From Pelagomonas calceolata (taxonomy: Eukaryota), in contig CAKKNE010000002.1 of the NCBI GenBank assembly GCA_918797485.1, positions 1,550,001-1,614,000 of the forward strand: a stretch of 64,000 nucleotides of DNA. The letters run 5' to 3'. This document shows positions 1 to 9,471 of this stretch, one piece after another. A model generated the notes under the pieces. That model had not been told where the DNA came from and made no database searches. It worked only from the letters and a program-made list of their open reading frames with translations. The first letter of the stretch is position 1, and each line of letters opens with the position of its first letter. The position numbers were made by a program, and so were the translations under genes.

Positions 1-47
1 CCAATTTTGAAGCTAGACAGATTACTGGTCGAGCGCAGACAGCATAG

Positions 48-3000
48 ATGGAGGAAGACCGCGTCCTCCTGCGCAGCGGCCTCCTGCTCCAATCTCTGAA
101 CGACGAGCATGACTGGGCCTACCGCTACTGCGTCCTCACGACGAAGGACGGCGAGCGCTCGCTTCTCGTCTTCGAGAGTGCTGCCGCCAAGACGCCAGTG
201 CGCACGGTCGCGCTCGCGAACGATGCGAGCGCGCGGCCCTTCGACGCAGCGGAGGCAGAGCGCCTCGGTTCGGGCGGCATCGTGCTCAAGGCCAACGACG
301 CTGCGCCTGAGACTTTCTGGAGGGCTTTGGACGAGCGTGAGGCCTACGACTGGCGCCGCGCGTTGCAAGCGAATTTGCACTTCGACGACACGGACCAGGA
401 GGGCGCCGGCGACGCGCTCATGCCCGACGCGTGCCACGGCGGGCCGCTGCTCGTCTGGGAGATCGGGCGCGGCGGCGAGGACGTCCGTTGGCAAAGGAAG
501 TTTTGCGAATTGGGAGCCGGCCGCGGCGGCCGGCTGCGGCTCCACGCCTGCGAGCCGACGGACGTCGTCAAATGGCGCGACCGCGACCGCGGCGACGTTC
601 TCGCGCCGCTCGCGACTGCGCGGCTGCAGCAGCGCCCCGACGCGTTCGCGACGCCGGGCTTCGAGGTCGCGCTGGCCGACGGGCGGCGCTTCGCCTGCCG
701 CGCCACCGACGTGCTCGACGACTCGGTCGACGCCTGGCTCGCGATCCTGGGCCCGCTCTGCGCGCGGCAGCCGGAGCCCGCCGCCGTTGAGGAGGCCGAG
801 GAGGCCGCCGCGCCCGCGGCGCCGGACGCGGTGACGTACTCGCGCCGCGCGTCCGTGGCGGCCTCGGTGGCCGGCGCGGCCGCTACCGTTGCGGGCGTCG
901 CCGGCGCGGGCGCGACCGTCGCGCTGGGCGCTGGGTGCGTCGTCGGCGCCGGCGCGCTGGCGACGTACAGTTCCGCGGCGGCGGACACGTGCCGCGCGGT
1001 CGTCGACTACGCGCTGGCGCCGCGCCGGCGGTCGTCGTCGTTCATGGGGATTGATGAAGACGCGCGCGCGGCCGCGGCCGCGGCGGACCAAGCTCAAGAC
1101 GACGCCGACGCGGTCGTCGCCGAGGTCGATGTGGACGTGCGGCGGGCGCGGCTGTTGCGGAGCGGCGGCGCGGACGACGCCCTGCCACCTACATTAAAAA
1201 TCGACGGCGACGAAGAAAGTGGAGAGGGGCGTCTCCTCGAGGCGCCCGTTGTTGTGGTGGTGCGCCACGGCGACGCGGCGTTCAGCTCGTCGGTGATAAC
1301 GCGGAGTTCCGGTCTGAGGCGCGTGCAGCTCCGGTGCGCGTTCAAGTGCGCGTCGGCGCGCCAGTCTATTGTCATCGAGGTCCGCGGCGCGGACGCGGCC
1401 GACCCGACGCGCGGACCGCTCTTCGGGCGGCGCGAGCTCTCGCTGTTTGAACTCGCGGAGCGCGACGCTGAGGATGAGTTGAGGCGCCTCCGGGCGCGCC
1501 TGCGCCGGGCCTGGGGGGCGGCGGAGACCCCTGAAGAGTCCTCATCAAGTGACTCCGAGGACGATCCCCTCGAACATAAACGATTCCACGGTAGTGCGCG
1601 GCCCGCAGCTCGATCATCACGCACGGACGGCGCCTGGCTCGCGCTCTTCAAGCCGGGCGAGGAGCCCAAGATCGATGACCATGAGGAACGCACTGATGGG
1701 TTCGCATCCGGGGATGTTGATGACGCGTCCGGTGTCAAGCGCGGCGCGGCCTGCGCGTTAATTGATGCGAAGGTGATCGTGACGCCGACGTCGTCGGTCG
1801 GCACGCTCGCGTTTGCGAATCCGCGCCTGCGGCTCGAGCGCGACCGGCCCGCGCGCGACACGGTGCCGTCGCCGGCCGTGACGCTAGATTTACTGAAGCG
1901 CCTCTTCGCCGTGGCGACGTGGTGCGCCGTGCAGAGCGACCGCATGACGGACATGCTGTACTGGCACGCACCGCTGCAGTCTTTACTGGTTACGGTCGTC
2001 TCAATATTGGTTTGTATCGCGGCAGCAAGGGACCACTGCTGGGTCCTGCCTGCTTTATGTTTTTGGTGCGTCCTGCTCCTCTTCGGCCTCGACCGGCTGA
2101 CGGGCGAGTGGATTCTGCGGAGGGTCGCGCCGGGCGATACTATAAGAGACCGCGACTGCGCAACATTAAGACTCGCGGCGCTGGCCGTCGACGGGCTCGA
2201 CCTCGACGCGGCGCGGCAGCCGTATTTACGGATACGCTACGTGCCGGCCTGCGCGCGGAGCCCGCTCGCGCTGCGCGTCGCCCGCGCGGCCCGCGACTCT
2301 ATAATAGAAAACGACGACGCGCTCGAGGCGGCGCGGCGGGCCTGCGACGACGCGGTCGCGGCTGCAAGCGACGCGTGCCCCGCGGGCCGCGCGCTGCGGG
2401 CCGTGGCCGTCGCCACGGCCCGGTTAGAGGAGGCGCAGAAGGGCACGTGGCGCTGGGATTCCTTGGACGCGACGCCGCACCCGCACCGCCGCGAGAAGCC
2501 GTCGGGGCGCCTGTCGACGTCGGCGCCGCCGCGCATCGGCGTCCGGAGCCGCGCGGCCTACGAGGCCGAGCGCCTCATGCAGTGGGCGACGGGCCGGCCG
2601 TCGGTCACGCCGGTCAAGGCGTCCACCATTTCCCCGGTGCCGGAGCCCGTCGTCCAGACGCCGCCGCCGCCGGGGTCGCCGCGGGCGGTCGACTTAAAGA
2701 AGGAGGTGCCGGCGACGCCGCCACCATCTAAAGCCCCGTTCTTCTCGACGCCGCACCATGCGGAGGCCGACGTTGCTGCGGCAGCGTCGACTCGGTTCCG
2801 GGCGTGCTGGCGACGGAAGGGCGAGAAGGCCTACGCGCGGGCCTGGTCCGTCCCCGTGCTGCGCGAGCTGCGCGTGTCGGCGGGCGCGGGCCCGGCGGCC
2901 GCGCCGCGCGTCGTGCCCTGGGAGAGGGCCGCGGGGCGGCTCCGCGTCGAGCTCTACGCGCCGGAGGCGGCATCAGTAGGGGACGACGCGGCCCGGGACA

Positions 3001-4370
3001 TTTATCGGCGGGCCGTCGAGGGCGACGACCTCGGGCTGGCGCCCGACGGCGCGACGCTGCTCGGCGTCGCCGAGGTGCCCCTTTCGAAAGTGAGCGTCGA
3101 CGACGCGGCGGCCTTCGCCCCGGACGGCTGGGTCCGCCTCAATCCGCCAGGGAGCGACACTGCCGAAGCGCCGACGCCGCGCGTGCGGCTGCGCTGCCTC
3201 CTCGAGCCGGCGCCGCCGACGCCCTCTCTACAATCCGCGTCGCTGCGGCGCCGCGCGCGCGTCGAGGCCCTCGAGGGCGAGCTCGAGGTGCCGCCCTTCG
3301 AGGCGCCGCCGTCGCCGGCCGTCCAGGTCGCCGACGAGGGCGACGACGTCGTCGACGTGGGCGTCCTGTCGCGGCTGCGGCGCGCGCGGGCCACGGCCGT
3401 CGAGTCGCAGAATTTGTTGCGGGACTACGTGCGCCTGGGGGAGCAGTGCCGCGGTTTGGTCGAGTGGTCGCGGCCCGGGGCCTCGCTCGCGGTCTTCGCC
3501 GGGCTGACGTTGTTCCTGGTCGTCGCGGCGCGCATGCGCGCGGACTACCTCGGGGTGTTGGTGGTGCTGGCGACGATGGCGCCGGGGGCCATCTTAAGCG
3601 TGGAGCGGCGCGCCGCGCGAGCGAAGCGGAGCGCGCGGTGCCGCCGCGCGGCGAAGAAGTGCAACGACGCCGAGGCTTCATTAAAACGCGAGGCCGAGGC
3701 CTGCGAGGACGCGGACCGCGCGGCCCTGCTGGCGCGGGCCGCCGTAGCGTTGAACTGCGCGGCGCGCGCGGTCGCCGTCGCGGACGCGCACGCGGACGCG
3801 ACGAACGGGGCCGCCGCGCGGCGCGAGGCGACGCGGCCGGACCCGCTCATCGACCCCGAGGAGGTGACCATCTGGACGCGCTTGCGGGCGTTGCTCGAAG
3901 CCATACCGGCCGAGCCCGAGCTCGAGCGGGTCTTCGTCGAGCGGCGCCGCGCGCAGGAGTGGCGGCGGGCGCGCCGGGCGTGTCGGGCGCGCTTGGGCGC
4001 GACCTGGGCGGGGCCCCTCTGGCGGCGGTCGACGGCGTGGCGGCGGCACTTTGCGTGCGTCCGGCGCGGCGAATTGCAATTCTGGTACTCGGCCTCGCAC
4101 GCTCTGGCCGGCGTGTCGCCGGTCCTCGTCGTGTCTTTGGACAACGCGCGCGTCGTCGACGCGCTGGCGGGCGACGACCTGCCCGTTTTGACCTTGCACG
4201 CGCCCCTTAAATCAGCGCCTGCGGAGCACCGCGAATGGCGCCTCGCGGCCGCGCATTGCAGGGACGCGGACGCGCTGCGGCGGTGCGTCTGCCGCGAGGC
4301 CTCCTTCGCCGGCGACTCTGATGATCGGCCTGTTTCTCCGGCGCTGTCGGGGACTAGTTCGACGTTCTAA
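48..4370 (+). CDS. Large PH/C2-like/transmembrane protein (MCTP-like membrane-contact tether candidate), 1440 aa, intronless
   Basis: N-terminal PH-like segments (WAYRYCVL...EAYDWRRALQ; WQRKFCEL...VDAWLAIL), C2-like strands (IVIEVRG...LFGRRELSL; LRVELYA...LLGVAEVPL), two hydrophobic hairpins each preceded by a W-x-x-P motif, C-terminal PH-like (WRRHFACVRRGELQFW). Confidence 0.6.
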   Translation: MEEDRVLLRSGLLLQSLNDEHDWAYRYCVLTTKDGERSLLVFESAAAKTPVRTVALANDASARPFDAAEAERLGSGGIVLKANDAAPETFWRALDEREAYDWRRALQANLHFDDTDQEGAGDALMPDACHGGPLLVWEIGRGGEDVRWQRKFCELGAGRGGRLRLHACEPTDVVKWRDRDRGDVLAPLATARLQQRPDAFATPGFEVALADGRRFACRATDVLDDSVDAWLAILGPLCARQPEPAAVEEAEEAAAPAAPDAVTYSRRASVAASVAGAAATVAGVAGAGATVALGAGCVVGAGALATYSSAAADTCRAVVDYALAPRRRSSSFMGIDEDARAAAAAADQAQDDADAVVAEVDVDVRRARLLRSGGADDALPPTLKIDGDEESGEGRLLEAPVVVVVRHGDAAFSSSVITRSSGLRRVQLRCAFKCASARQSIVIEVRGADAADPTRGPLFGRRELSLFELAERDAEDELRRLRARLRRAWGAAETPEESSSSDSEDDPLEHKRFHGSARPAARSSRTDGAWLALFKPGEEPKIDDHEERTDGFASGDVDDASGVKRGAACALIDAKVIVTPTSSVGTLAFANPRLRLERDRPARDTVPSPAVTLDLLKRLFAVATWCAVQSDRMTDMLYWHAPLQSLLVTVVSILVCIAAARDHCWVLPALCFWCVLLLFGLDRLTGEWILRRVAPGDTIRDRDCATLRLAALAVDGLDLDAARQPYLRIRYVPACARSPLALRVARAARDSIIENDDALEAARRACDDAVAAASDACPAGRALRAVAVATARLEEAQKGTWRWDSLDATPHPHRREKPSGRLSTSAPPRIGVRSRAAYEAERLMQWATGRPSVTPVKASTISPVPEPVVQTPPPPGSPRAVDLKKEVPATPPPSKAPFFSTPHHAEADVAAAASTRFRACWRRKGEKAYARAWSVPVLRELRVSAGAGPAAAPRVVPWERAAGRLRVELYAPEAASVGDDAARDIYRRAVEGDDLGLAPDGATLLGVAEVPLSKVSVDDAAAFAPDGWVRLNPPGSDTAEAPTPRVRLRCLLEPAPPTPSLQSASLRRRARVEALEGELEVPPFEAPPSPAVQVADEGDDVVDVGVLSRLRRARATAVESQNLLRDYVRLGEQCRGLVEWSRPGASLAVFAGLTLFLVVAARMRADYLGVLVVLATMAPGAILSVERRAARAKRSARCRRAAKKCNDAEASLKREAEACEDADRAALLARAAVALNCAARAVAVADAHADATNGAAARREATRPDPLIDPEEVTIWTRLRALLEAIPAEPELERVFVERRRAQEWRRARRACRARLGATWAGPLWRRSTAWRRHFACVRRGELQFWYSASHALAGVSPVLVVSLDNARVVDALAGDDLPVLTLHAPLKSAPAEHREWRLAAAHCRDADALRRCVCREASFAGDSDDRPVSPALSGTSSTF

Positions 4371-4644
4371 GGCTCTGGTTTTGTGTGTATGTATGTACTG
4401 TAGTTTTTATTGTGATTGTGCGCCCTTATTTATTTACGAGGTCCTACCTGTAGGGTATATGTACATGTTACCATAGGGATAGGACTTACCACATAGGAAT
4501 TAGCCAGGCGCACGGCAATAAAACGCCATCGGCGCCTGGGCGAGTAAAAGACCTATTGACGAGTCCGCTCAACGAGCGCGCGAGTTCGCTCAACGAGCTC
4601 GCGTATGAAGACATACGTCTCTCTTCGACGAGCGCCGATGCCTT

Positions 4645-5382
4645 ATGACCGCCGCCGTGTGGATAGTGTGGTTTGCCTTCGGTCTATTGTACTATGGCAT
4701 CACCCTGCTTGTTACTAGAAGCTACAATGTGAACCGACTGCGTGGAAATCAAATATACAGCGCGTTCGTCCTGAATCGCCGCGTCGACCTCCACGCCATC
4801 GACGCGACACCTGCTCGATGGCGTGGCGATGTCGGTTCATCACCGCTCGACGGAACCAGCGCGGCCACGTCATCGCCGAGAAATGAGCACAAGACACACT
4901 GGTTGATTTCCACACAGGTGACCGACGACGACGACGAATTCAAATGTCGCTTCAAGTTTTGGACGATATTTGCCATCTTCACCAGTGAGTTAGCTGGTGC
5001 TTTGCTCCTGTTCGCGACCATAGATAGATTCGGGCGCGTCAAATGCGCGGTCCTGTCCTATTTGCTCGTTGCGGTGTTCCTCATCCCCGTCGCCCTTGAG
5101 GCGTCCGGGACGTTTGTCTGGCTCTACCTCGCGCTGGCATTTGGAACAGCAGGGTCGTCGACAACGTGGGTGCATACGACGGAACTCTATTCGACAGACA
5201 TCCGGTCGACGGCGCACACGCTCGCCTTCATCGTGGGCCGGTTCGGCGGCTTTGCTTCGGGATACGTCGTCGAGAACGCAAACAGCATACCCTTCGCGAC
5301 GACCGTGCTGATCATCATGGCGGCGCTGAGCGCGTTGGGGACGTTGACGCTGCGCGAGACGATGGGGGAGAGACTCAGTTAA
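4645..5382 (+). pseudogene. C-terminal half of an SV2/SVOP-like MFS transporter, 5'-truncated; one introner (4729-4917)
   Basis: Motifs WFAFGLLYYG, IDRFGR, TTELYSTDIRSTA, LRETMG. In-frame TGA at 4606 and no room upstream for the N-terminal six TMs. Confidence 0.6.
4729..4917 (+). mobile_element. Introner family A intron (189 nt, GT-AG)
   Basis: TIR CTGCGTGGAAATCAA...TTGATTTCCACACAG; TSD GTGAACCGA/GTGACCGA; removal joins SYN|VTDD. Confidence 0.85.
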
Positions 5383-5385
5383 TAC

Positions 5386-6249
5386 TTACGTTTGCGGTTC
5401 GAACAACCCCCCCGCCGTCGCCGCGTCGGGCGCAGGCGGAAGGGGCTGGACCACTGAGCTCGGCGGCGGCCGGACCTGTTGGTGCGAGTAGTGCCGCACG
5501 GAAAAGCGCGAGCGCGGCGCGAGCAGGCCGTATCGATGGAAGACCCATCCGGCTAGCGCGCCGCCGAGGTGTGCCGCGGAGCCCGGGTGGCCGCAGACGG
5601 CCATCAACGAGTCCCACGCGACGAGGGCAGCCCCGACGTGCGACGCCTGAAACGGCCGCGCGACGTAGAAGAGGTGCACCGGCGATGTCGGGTTCTTCAG
5701 GATGAAGACGCAGCCGCAGGCGTAGACGAGCGCGCCCGAGCCCGTCACGCCTCCTGACGCGCCGAGGGATTGTGATACCGCCGTCGCGCAGCCGCCTGCA
5801 ATAATACTCGCCAACGCGAAGCGTGCGAACCGTTGTGACCCCGCGGAAGTCTCCACCGGCTTCGCCACGAGATAGAGTGCCAGTAGACCGAACCCCAGCT
5901 GGGACGGCGTCCCTGTAACAATAGCGTGCGCCGCGAGAGCGTGGAATCGTCGCATCTGTAAGGCGCGGCGGCAGCACACGGCGTGCCCGACGATGGAATG
6001 ACGTAACTTGGGCCGCGTCGACGCGACGAACGTCAGGAGATGCGAAGCCGCCAGCGCGTACGTGATCGGTGCATCCCGTCGAAACGACCGCTGCCAGTCG
6101 CTAAACGCGTTGTTCGCGCCGCCGGCGTGAATTTTGCGGCATCGCTGCGAGGGTTGCAGCGCGCGGACTTTGGTGCATCGCTGCGACGGCTGGCGTGCAC
6201 ATGCGCGCGCGACGAGTAGCACTGCAACAAGGGCTGCTCTGCGCATCAT
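5386..6249 (-). CDS. Rhomboid-family intramembrane protease(-like)
   Basis: Multiple TMs, VTGSGA (GxSG-like), SAAHLGGALAG catalytic-His motif, N-terminal signal-like peptide. Confidence 0.7.
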   Translation of the reverse strand: MMRRAALVAVLLVARACARQPSQRCTKVRALQPSQRCRKIHAGGANNAFSDWQRSFRRDAPITYALAASHLLTFVASTRPKLRHSIVGHAVCCRRALQMRRFHALAAHAIVTGTPSQLGFGLLALYLVAKPVETSAGSQRFARFALASIIAGGCATAVSQSLGASGGVTGSGALVYACGCVFILKNPTSPVHLFYVARPFQASHVGAALVAWDSLMAVCGHPGSAAHLGGALAGWVFHRYGLLAPRSRFSVRHYSHQQVRPPPSSVVQPLPPAPDAATAGGLFEPQT

Positions 6250-6388
6250 CTCTCTGCTTGCTCAGAGTGTGTGCAGCAGTGAAATTACTGTCAGTAATAA
6301 CCGGTGCCACAGGTTTCACCAGCTCTAATGCAATGAAACGAGTCTACGCCACTCGTTTGGTCCCTTGCTTGCGCTGGCTTGGTGGCTT

Positions 6389-6410
6389 GCTAGTGTCTTA
6401 CACCGCTAGC
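6389..6410. promoter_or_regulatory. Recurrent upstream quasi-palindrome GCTAGCGG-N-GTAAGACACTAGC (copy)
   Basis: GCTAGTGTCTTACACCGCTAGC, ~140 bp upstream of the rhomboid ATG; near-identical copies elsewhere in the window. Confidence 0.5.
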
Positions 6411-6428
6411 TGCGCGTTCACGTAAACA

Positions 6429-7493
6429 TTAATCCACACCCCCGTACGACGACGCCGACGACGAAGCAGACGAGTCGTCGAGGCGGCTCCGGCGTACGAG
6501 CTCGTCCAGGCCCCCCGCGTCCGCGATGGCCGCGACGTCGAGCGGCGCGCGGAACGACGACAGAGCCGACGCGCGCACGGCGTCGGAGGCCTCGACGACC
6601 CGCAGCTCGAAGGTTTCAGAAGGCGGCCGCGGTCCAGCCACGTTACGTCGGAGCGCGAGCACGTCGCCCCACTCGAACAGTAAAGGGTCCGTGCGCTGCG
6701 CCGCGACGTTCACGTCCACCAAGTAGGTGGAGCGGCGCTCGATCACGACGTCGACGACGCAGTGCGTCGGGAGACTCAGGGCCCGGTCGAAGAACGCGCG
6801 GAGCCTTGCGCGCATTTCATTGAGAGTGGATTCGTCACTCAGGTCGCGGAAGACCGTGTCGACACGGCGCTGGCACGCCGCGACGAGCCGCCCGTCCAAC
6901 AGAAAGCAGCGGAACTCGCGCGACGGCTCCACACTCACGAACCGCCGCACGGCAAGCACGACATTCAATGCGCGGGCCGCGTCGTCCTTGACCAGGGACG
7001 ACGCCGCGAGCAGCGCGAAGGCGTCGCCGGCCGTCGCGCATTCGAGGGAGCCGAGCCACGCGGCGTCCTTGGGCGCCGACCAGTTGAGCTTCACAAAAGC
7101 CGCGCCGCCGACGGCGGCGATGGCCTCATCAATAGCCGCCTCGATCGCCGGAAAATGCGGCGCAGCGCCGTCGTCGTCCGAGTCGCTCAGCTCGCAGTCG
7201 TCCTCCCTGTTATGGGTCCGCGCCGTGACGCGGGCGCCGCGTTTCGTGCGCGGCAGCACGCAGGGGCCGTCGCTCCGGAGCCATTCCACAAATGGCGCCG
7301 GCAGCGGCACGAGGATCGTTTTGAAGGTCACGTTTTTGTGCGCGTCGTACCAGGCGGCGATGGAGCAGGCGTCCTTTTGGTCGCCGCCGAGCTGTGCGGC
7401 GACAGCGTCTTCGATGCTGCAGGCGTCCGTTTGGTCGCCGCCGAGCTGTGCGGCGACAGCGTCTTCTTCGCTGGATGCTTCGAGGGCGGCCAT
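6429..7493 (-). CDS. CDC123: D123/Cdc123 ATP-grasp eIF2 assembly factor
   Basis: Motifs FVKLNWSAPKDAAW, SREFRCF, DPLLFEW; 54-nt N-terminal tandem duplication. Confidence 0.9.
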   Translation of the reverse strand: MAALEASSEEDAVAAQLGGDQTDACSIEDAVAAQLGGDQKDACSIAAWYDAHKNVTFKTILVPLPAPFVEWLRSDGPCVLPRTKRGARVTARTHNREDDCELSDSDDDGAAPHFPAIEAAIDEAIAAVGGAAFVKLNWSAPKDAAWLGSLECATAGDAFALLAASSLVKDDAARALNVVLAVRRFVSVEPSREFRCFLLDGRLVAACQRRVDTVFRDLSDESTLNEMRARLRAFFDRALSLPTHCVVDVVIERRSTYLVDVNVAAQRTDPLLFEWGDVLALRRNVAGPRPPSETFELRVVEASDAVRASALSSFRAPLDVAAIADAGGLDELVRRSRLDDSSASSSASSYGGVD

Positions 7494-7679
7494 CGGTTTA
7501 GCTGAGTTGTGGTCGAGGCTGTGAGGCTGCAGGCTGCAGCTCCTCTGCCGTCGTAGCGATGCAATAAGATGCAGAGCGATGGTCGCTGCGACTTGTGTGG
7601 ATGGAAGCAGTGGCTGCTGGTGCGTATTGACGAGCGTACGGCCTGTGCTGCTCTCGCCGCAAGTGCTGCTTGCCTGCTT

Positions 7680-7699
7680 GCTAGTGTCTCACAGCTAGC
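7680..7699. promoter_or_regulatory. Recurrent upstream quasi-palindrome (copy)
   Basis: GCTAGTGTCTCACAGCTAGC, ~190 bp upstream of CDC123. Confidence 0.45.
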
Positions 7700-7721
7700 G
7701 GATACCTCAAAAGCAAATAAG

Positions 7722-8480
7722 CTATTCCAACATCCACTTAAACTTCGTCGGCCGCAAAGCCCGCGCGACCTTGTCGTAATTCGAGATGAGACTCCGAACC
7801 GGGAGAGCTCCATGCACGACGTGCGTCGTGTTCTTGAGCGTCATTGTCCGCAGGCGACTCGCGTCCGGCGCCGGCCAGAGCCCCAGCTGGTACATGATCG
7901 TCGCCCACACTTCGGGCCGGTCGACGACTTCCTCGTACCAGTGGAGCCGCGCGTCGCCGCAGCGATTCCGAAACAGCGACGCGAGGCGCTCGTTCTGGTC
8001 GTACTCGTTCGCGATGCGCTCTACGAGCCCGTGGATGCGTATCGACGGCCGGAAGCGCCGGAGGTCGGCTGCAGCGGCGGCCGTCGCGGCGTGCGACGCC
8101 GAGCCGCGCATCTTGGCCGCTTCATTTGATATTTCTCGTCGCAGGACGTTCCGTCTCAAAAGCAGCACATAGGGCAGCTTCATTTCGCAGACGGCAGACG
8201 CTAGCGCCGTCAGCGACGCGAATGGGTGAGTGCCGTGCTGATGGTGGCGCTTCTGGCCCGACCTGTGCGGAAATCACATTCCGTCCCCGACGCCATCGAT
8301 CCGACGTTGATTTCTGCACGGGGCCCAGACGTGTCCAGGTGCGTCATAAACTTGAATCCGAGCGCCGTGCGATAGCTGTTCCGCCGCTCCTCGTGCGCCC
8401 GGGCGAAGACCCGCCGCAGGGCACAGACGCACGCCGGCGACGGCGTCGCGGACGCGCACGCCCCAATCCCTGACTCTCTC
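7722..8480 (-). pseudogene. Stf0/NodH-like sulfotransferase, 3' portion only; 5' end not recoverable
   Basis: After removing intron 8263-8330 the frame reads ...RTALGFKFMTHLD...LLLRRNVLRREIS...WYEEVV...LISNYDKVARAL; no in-frame 5' PAPS-binding loop or ATG found. Confidence 0.55.
8263..8330 (-). mobile_element. Minimal introner family A intron (68 nt)
   Basis: CTGTGCGGAAATCA...TGATTTCTGCACGG TIR; TSD GGCCCGAC/GGCCCAGAC; core ACGCCATCGA; removal restores frame. Confidence 0.75.
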
Positions 8481-8650
8481 TGCTGCGGGTGAAAAACCCG
8501 ATTTGTTGAGTACGTGATCTGCGCAGGTCAAGCTTGTGGGCCAGATTGATCCTCACGAGAAGGATGTATTGCAAAACCGCGCGGTGGGCAACGCGGGGAG
8601 GGGTCATTAGGATCAACCTGGAGACGTTAGGCCGCGCCGTGTGCGTTCGC

Positions 8651-8932
8651 CTAGCCCCGGTTCTTGGGGTTCGCCGGGCCGTCGCCAATCGTCGTGTATC
8701 CGAGAATGCCCGCGATGACGCCGGTCAGCAGGAGCGTGAGGCCGCCGACGGGCAGGATGAGGTCGCCGGAGGAGAGGCCCGCGGCCAGCGCCGGCGCGGG
8801 CGCAGCGGCAACGACGGCCGCCGCAGCAGCGAGCGGGGCCTTCGGCACGGCGGTAGCGAGCTGCGTAGCACGCTGAACGTTCGGCGCGAGAGCGGCGGCA
8901 CCGGAGGCCAAAAGGGCAATGGAGAGCTTCAT
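8651..8932 (-). CDS. Small nucleus-encoded single-span thylakoid membrane protein (93 aa precursor)
   Basis: Signal peptide MKLSIALLASGAAA|LAP (ASAFAP-like), transit region, thylakoid-type cleavage APALA|, ~43-aa mature peptide with one TM. Confidence 0.65.
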   Translation of the reverse strand: MKLSIALLASGAAALAPNVQRATQLATAVPKAPLAAAAAVVAAAPAPALAAGLSSGDLILPVGGLTLLLTGVIAGILGYTTIGDGPANPKNRG

Positions 8933-9173
8933 TGTGTTAAATACCTGCGATGAATGCACGTTTCGCCCAGCACTGATGCGCGACAGGCGATCGCGCGCGA
9001 CGGCAGTGACAGGGGTGCAAAACGGGGTACACGGGTGCGTGCGGCAGACGCTATAGCAGTGATGCGTGCAAGAGATGATTGAGAGCGGACTCCGTGCGAG
9101 AGTCCGTTTTGCGCAAGAAACAGACCTGTCTATCGGTGAATTGACAGGTATAGAGAAATAGGAAATTCCGCGG

Positions 9174-9196
9174 GCTAGCGGCTGTAAGACACTAGC
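9174..9196. promoter_or_regulatory. Recurrent upstream quasi-palindrome (copy)
   Basis: GCTAGCGGCTGTAAGACACTAGC, ~240 bp upstream of ATG 8932. Confidence 0.5.
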
Positions 9197-9471
9197 ACAG
9201 AGGTCTAGCACATGGCCGAGAGACTGCATTTACGTTGGCGACGCACCGACGGACGGCGCAGCGGCTCGCGCCGCCGGCTACGGGTCCGCAATCGGCTGCA
9301 GCTATGGCTCCCATGCCGCGTCGAAGCTGACGGCGTCGGGGCACTTCGACGCCGTCGTGCCCGACGTCGCGGCGCTGGAGAAGGCGTTGTTTCCGGACGG
9401 GTTTGATGACGATGATGAGGCGCTGGCGGGCGTGGTGAGGGGTGGTAAGTCATAGTAACATTAGATCACAA

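Noticed and set aside
8344..8688. RTRSGGT as the sulfotransferase PAPS loop; possible 51-nt intron 8483-8533
   Set aside because: The motif is in a different frame overlapping the real coding frame; removing the putative intron still gives no in-frame ATG
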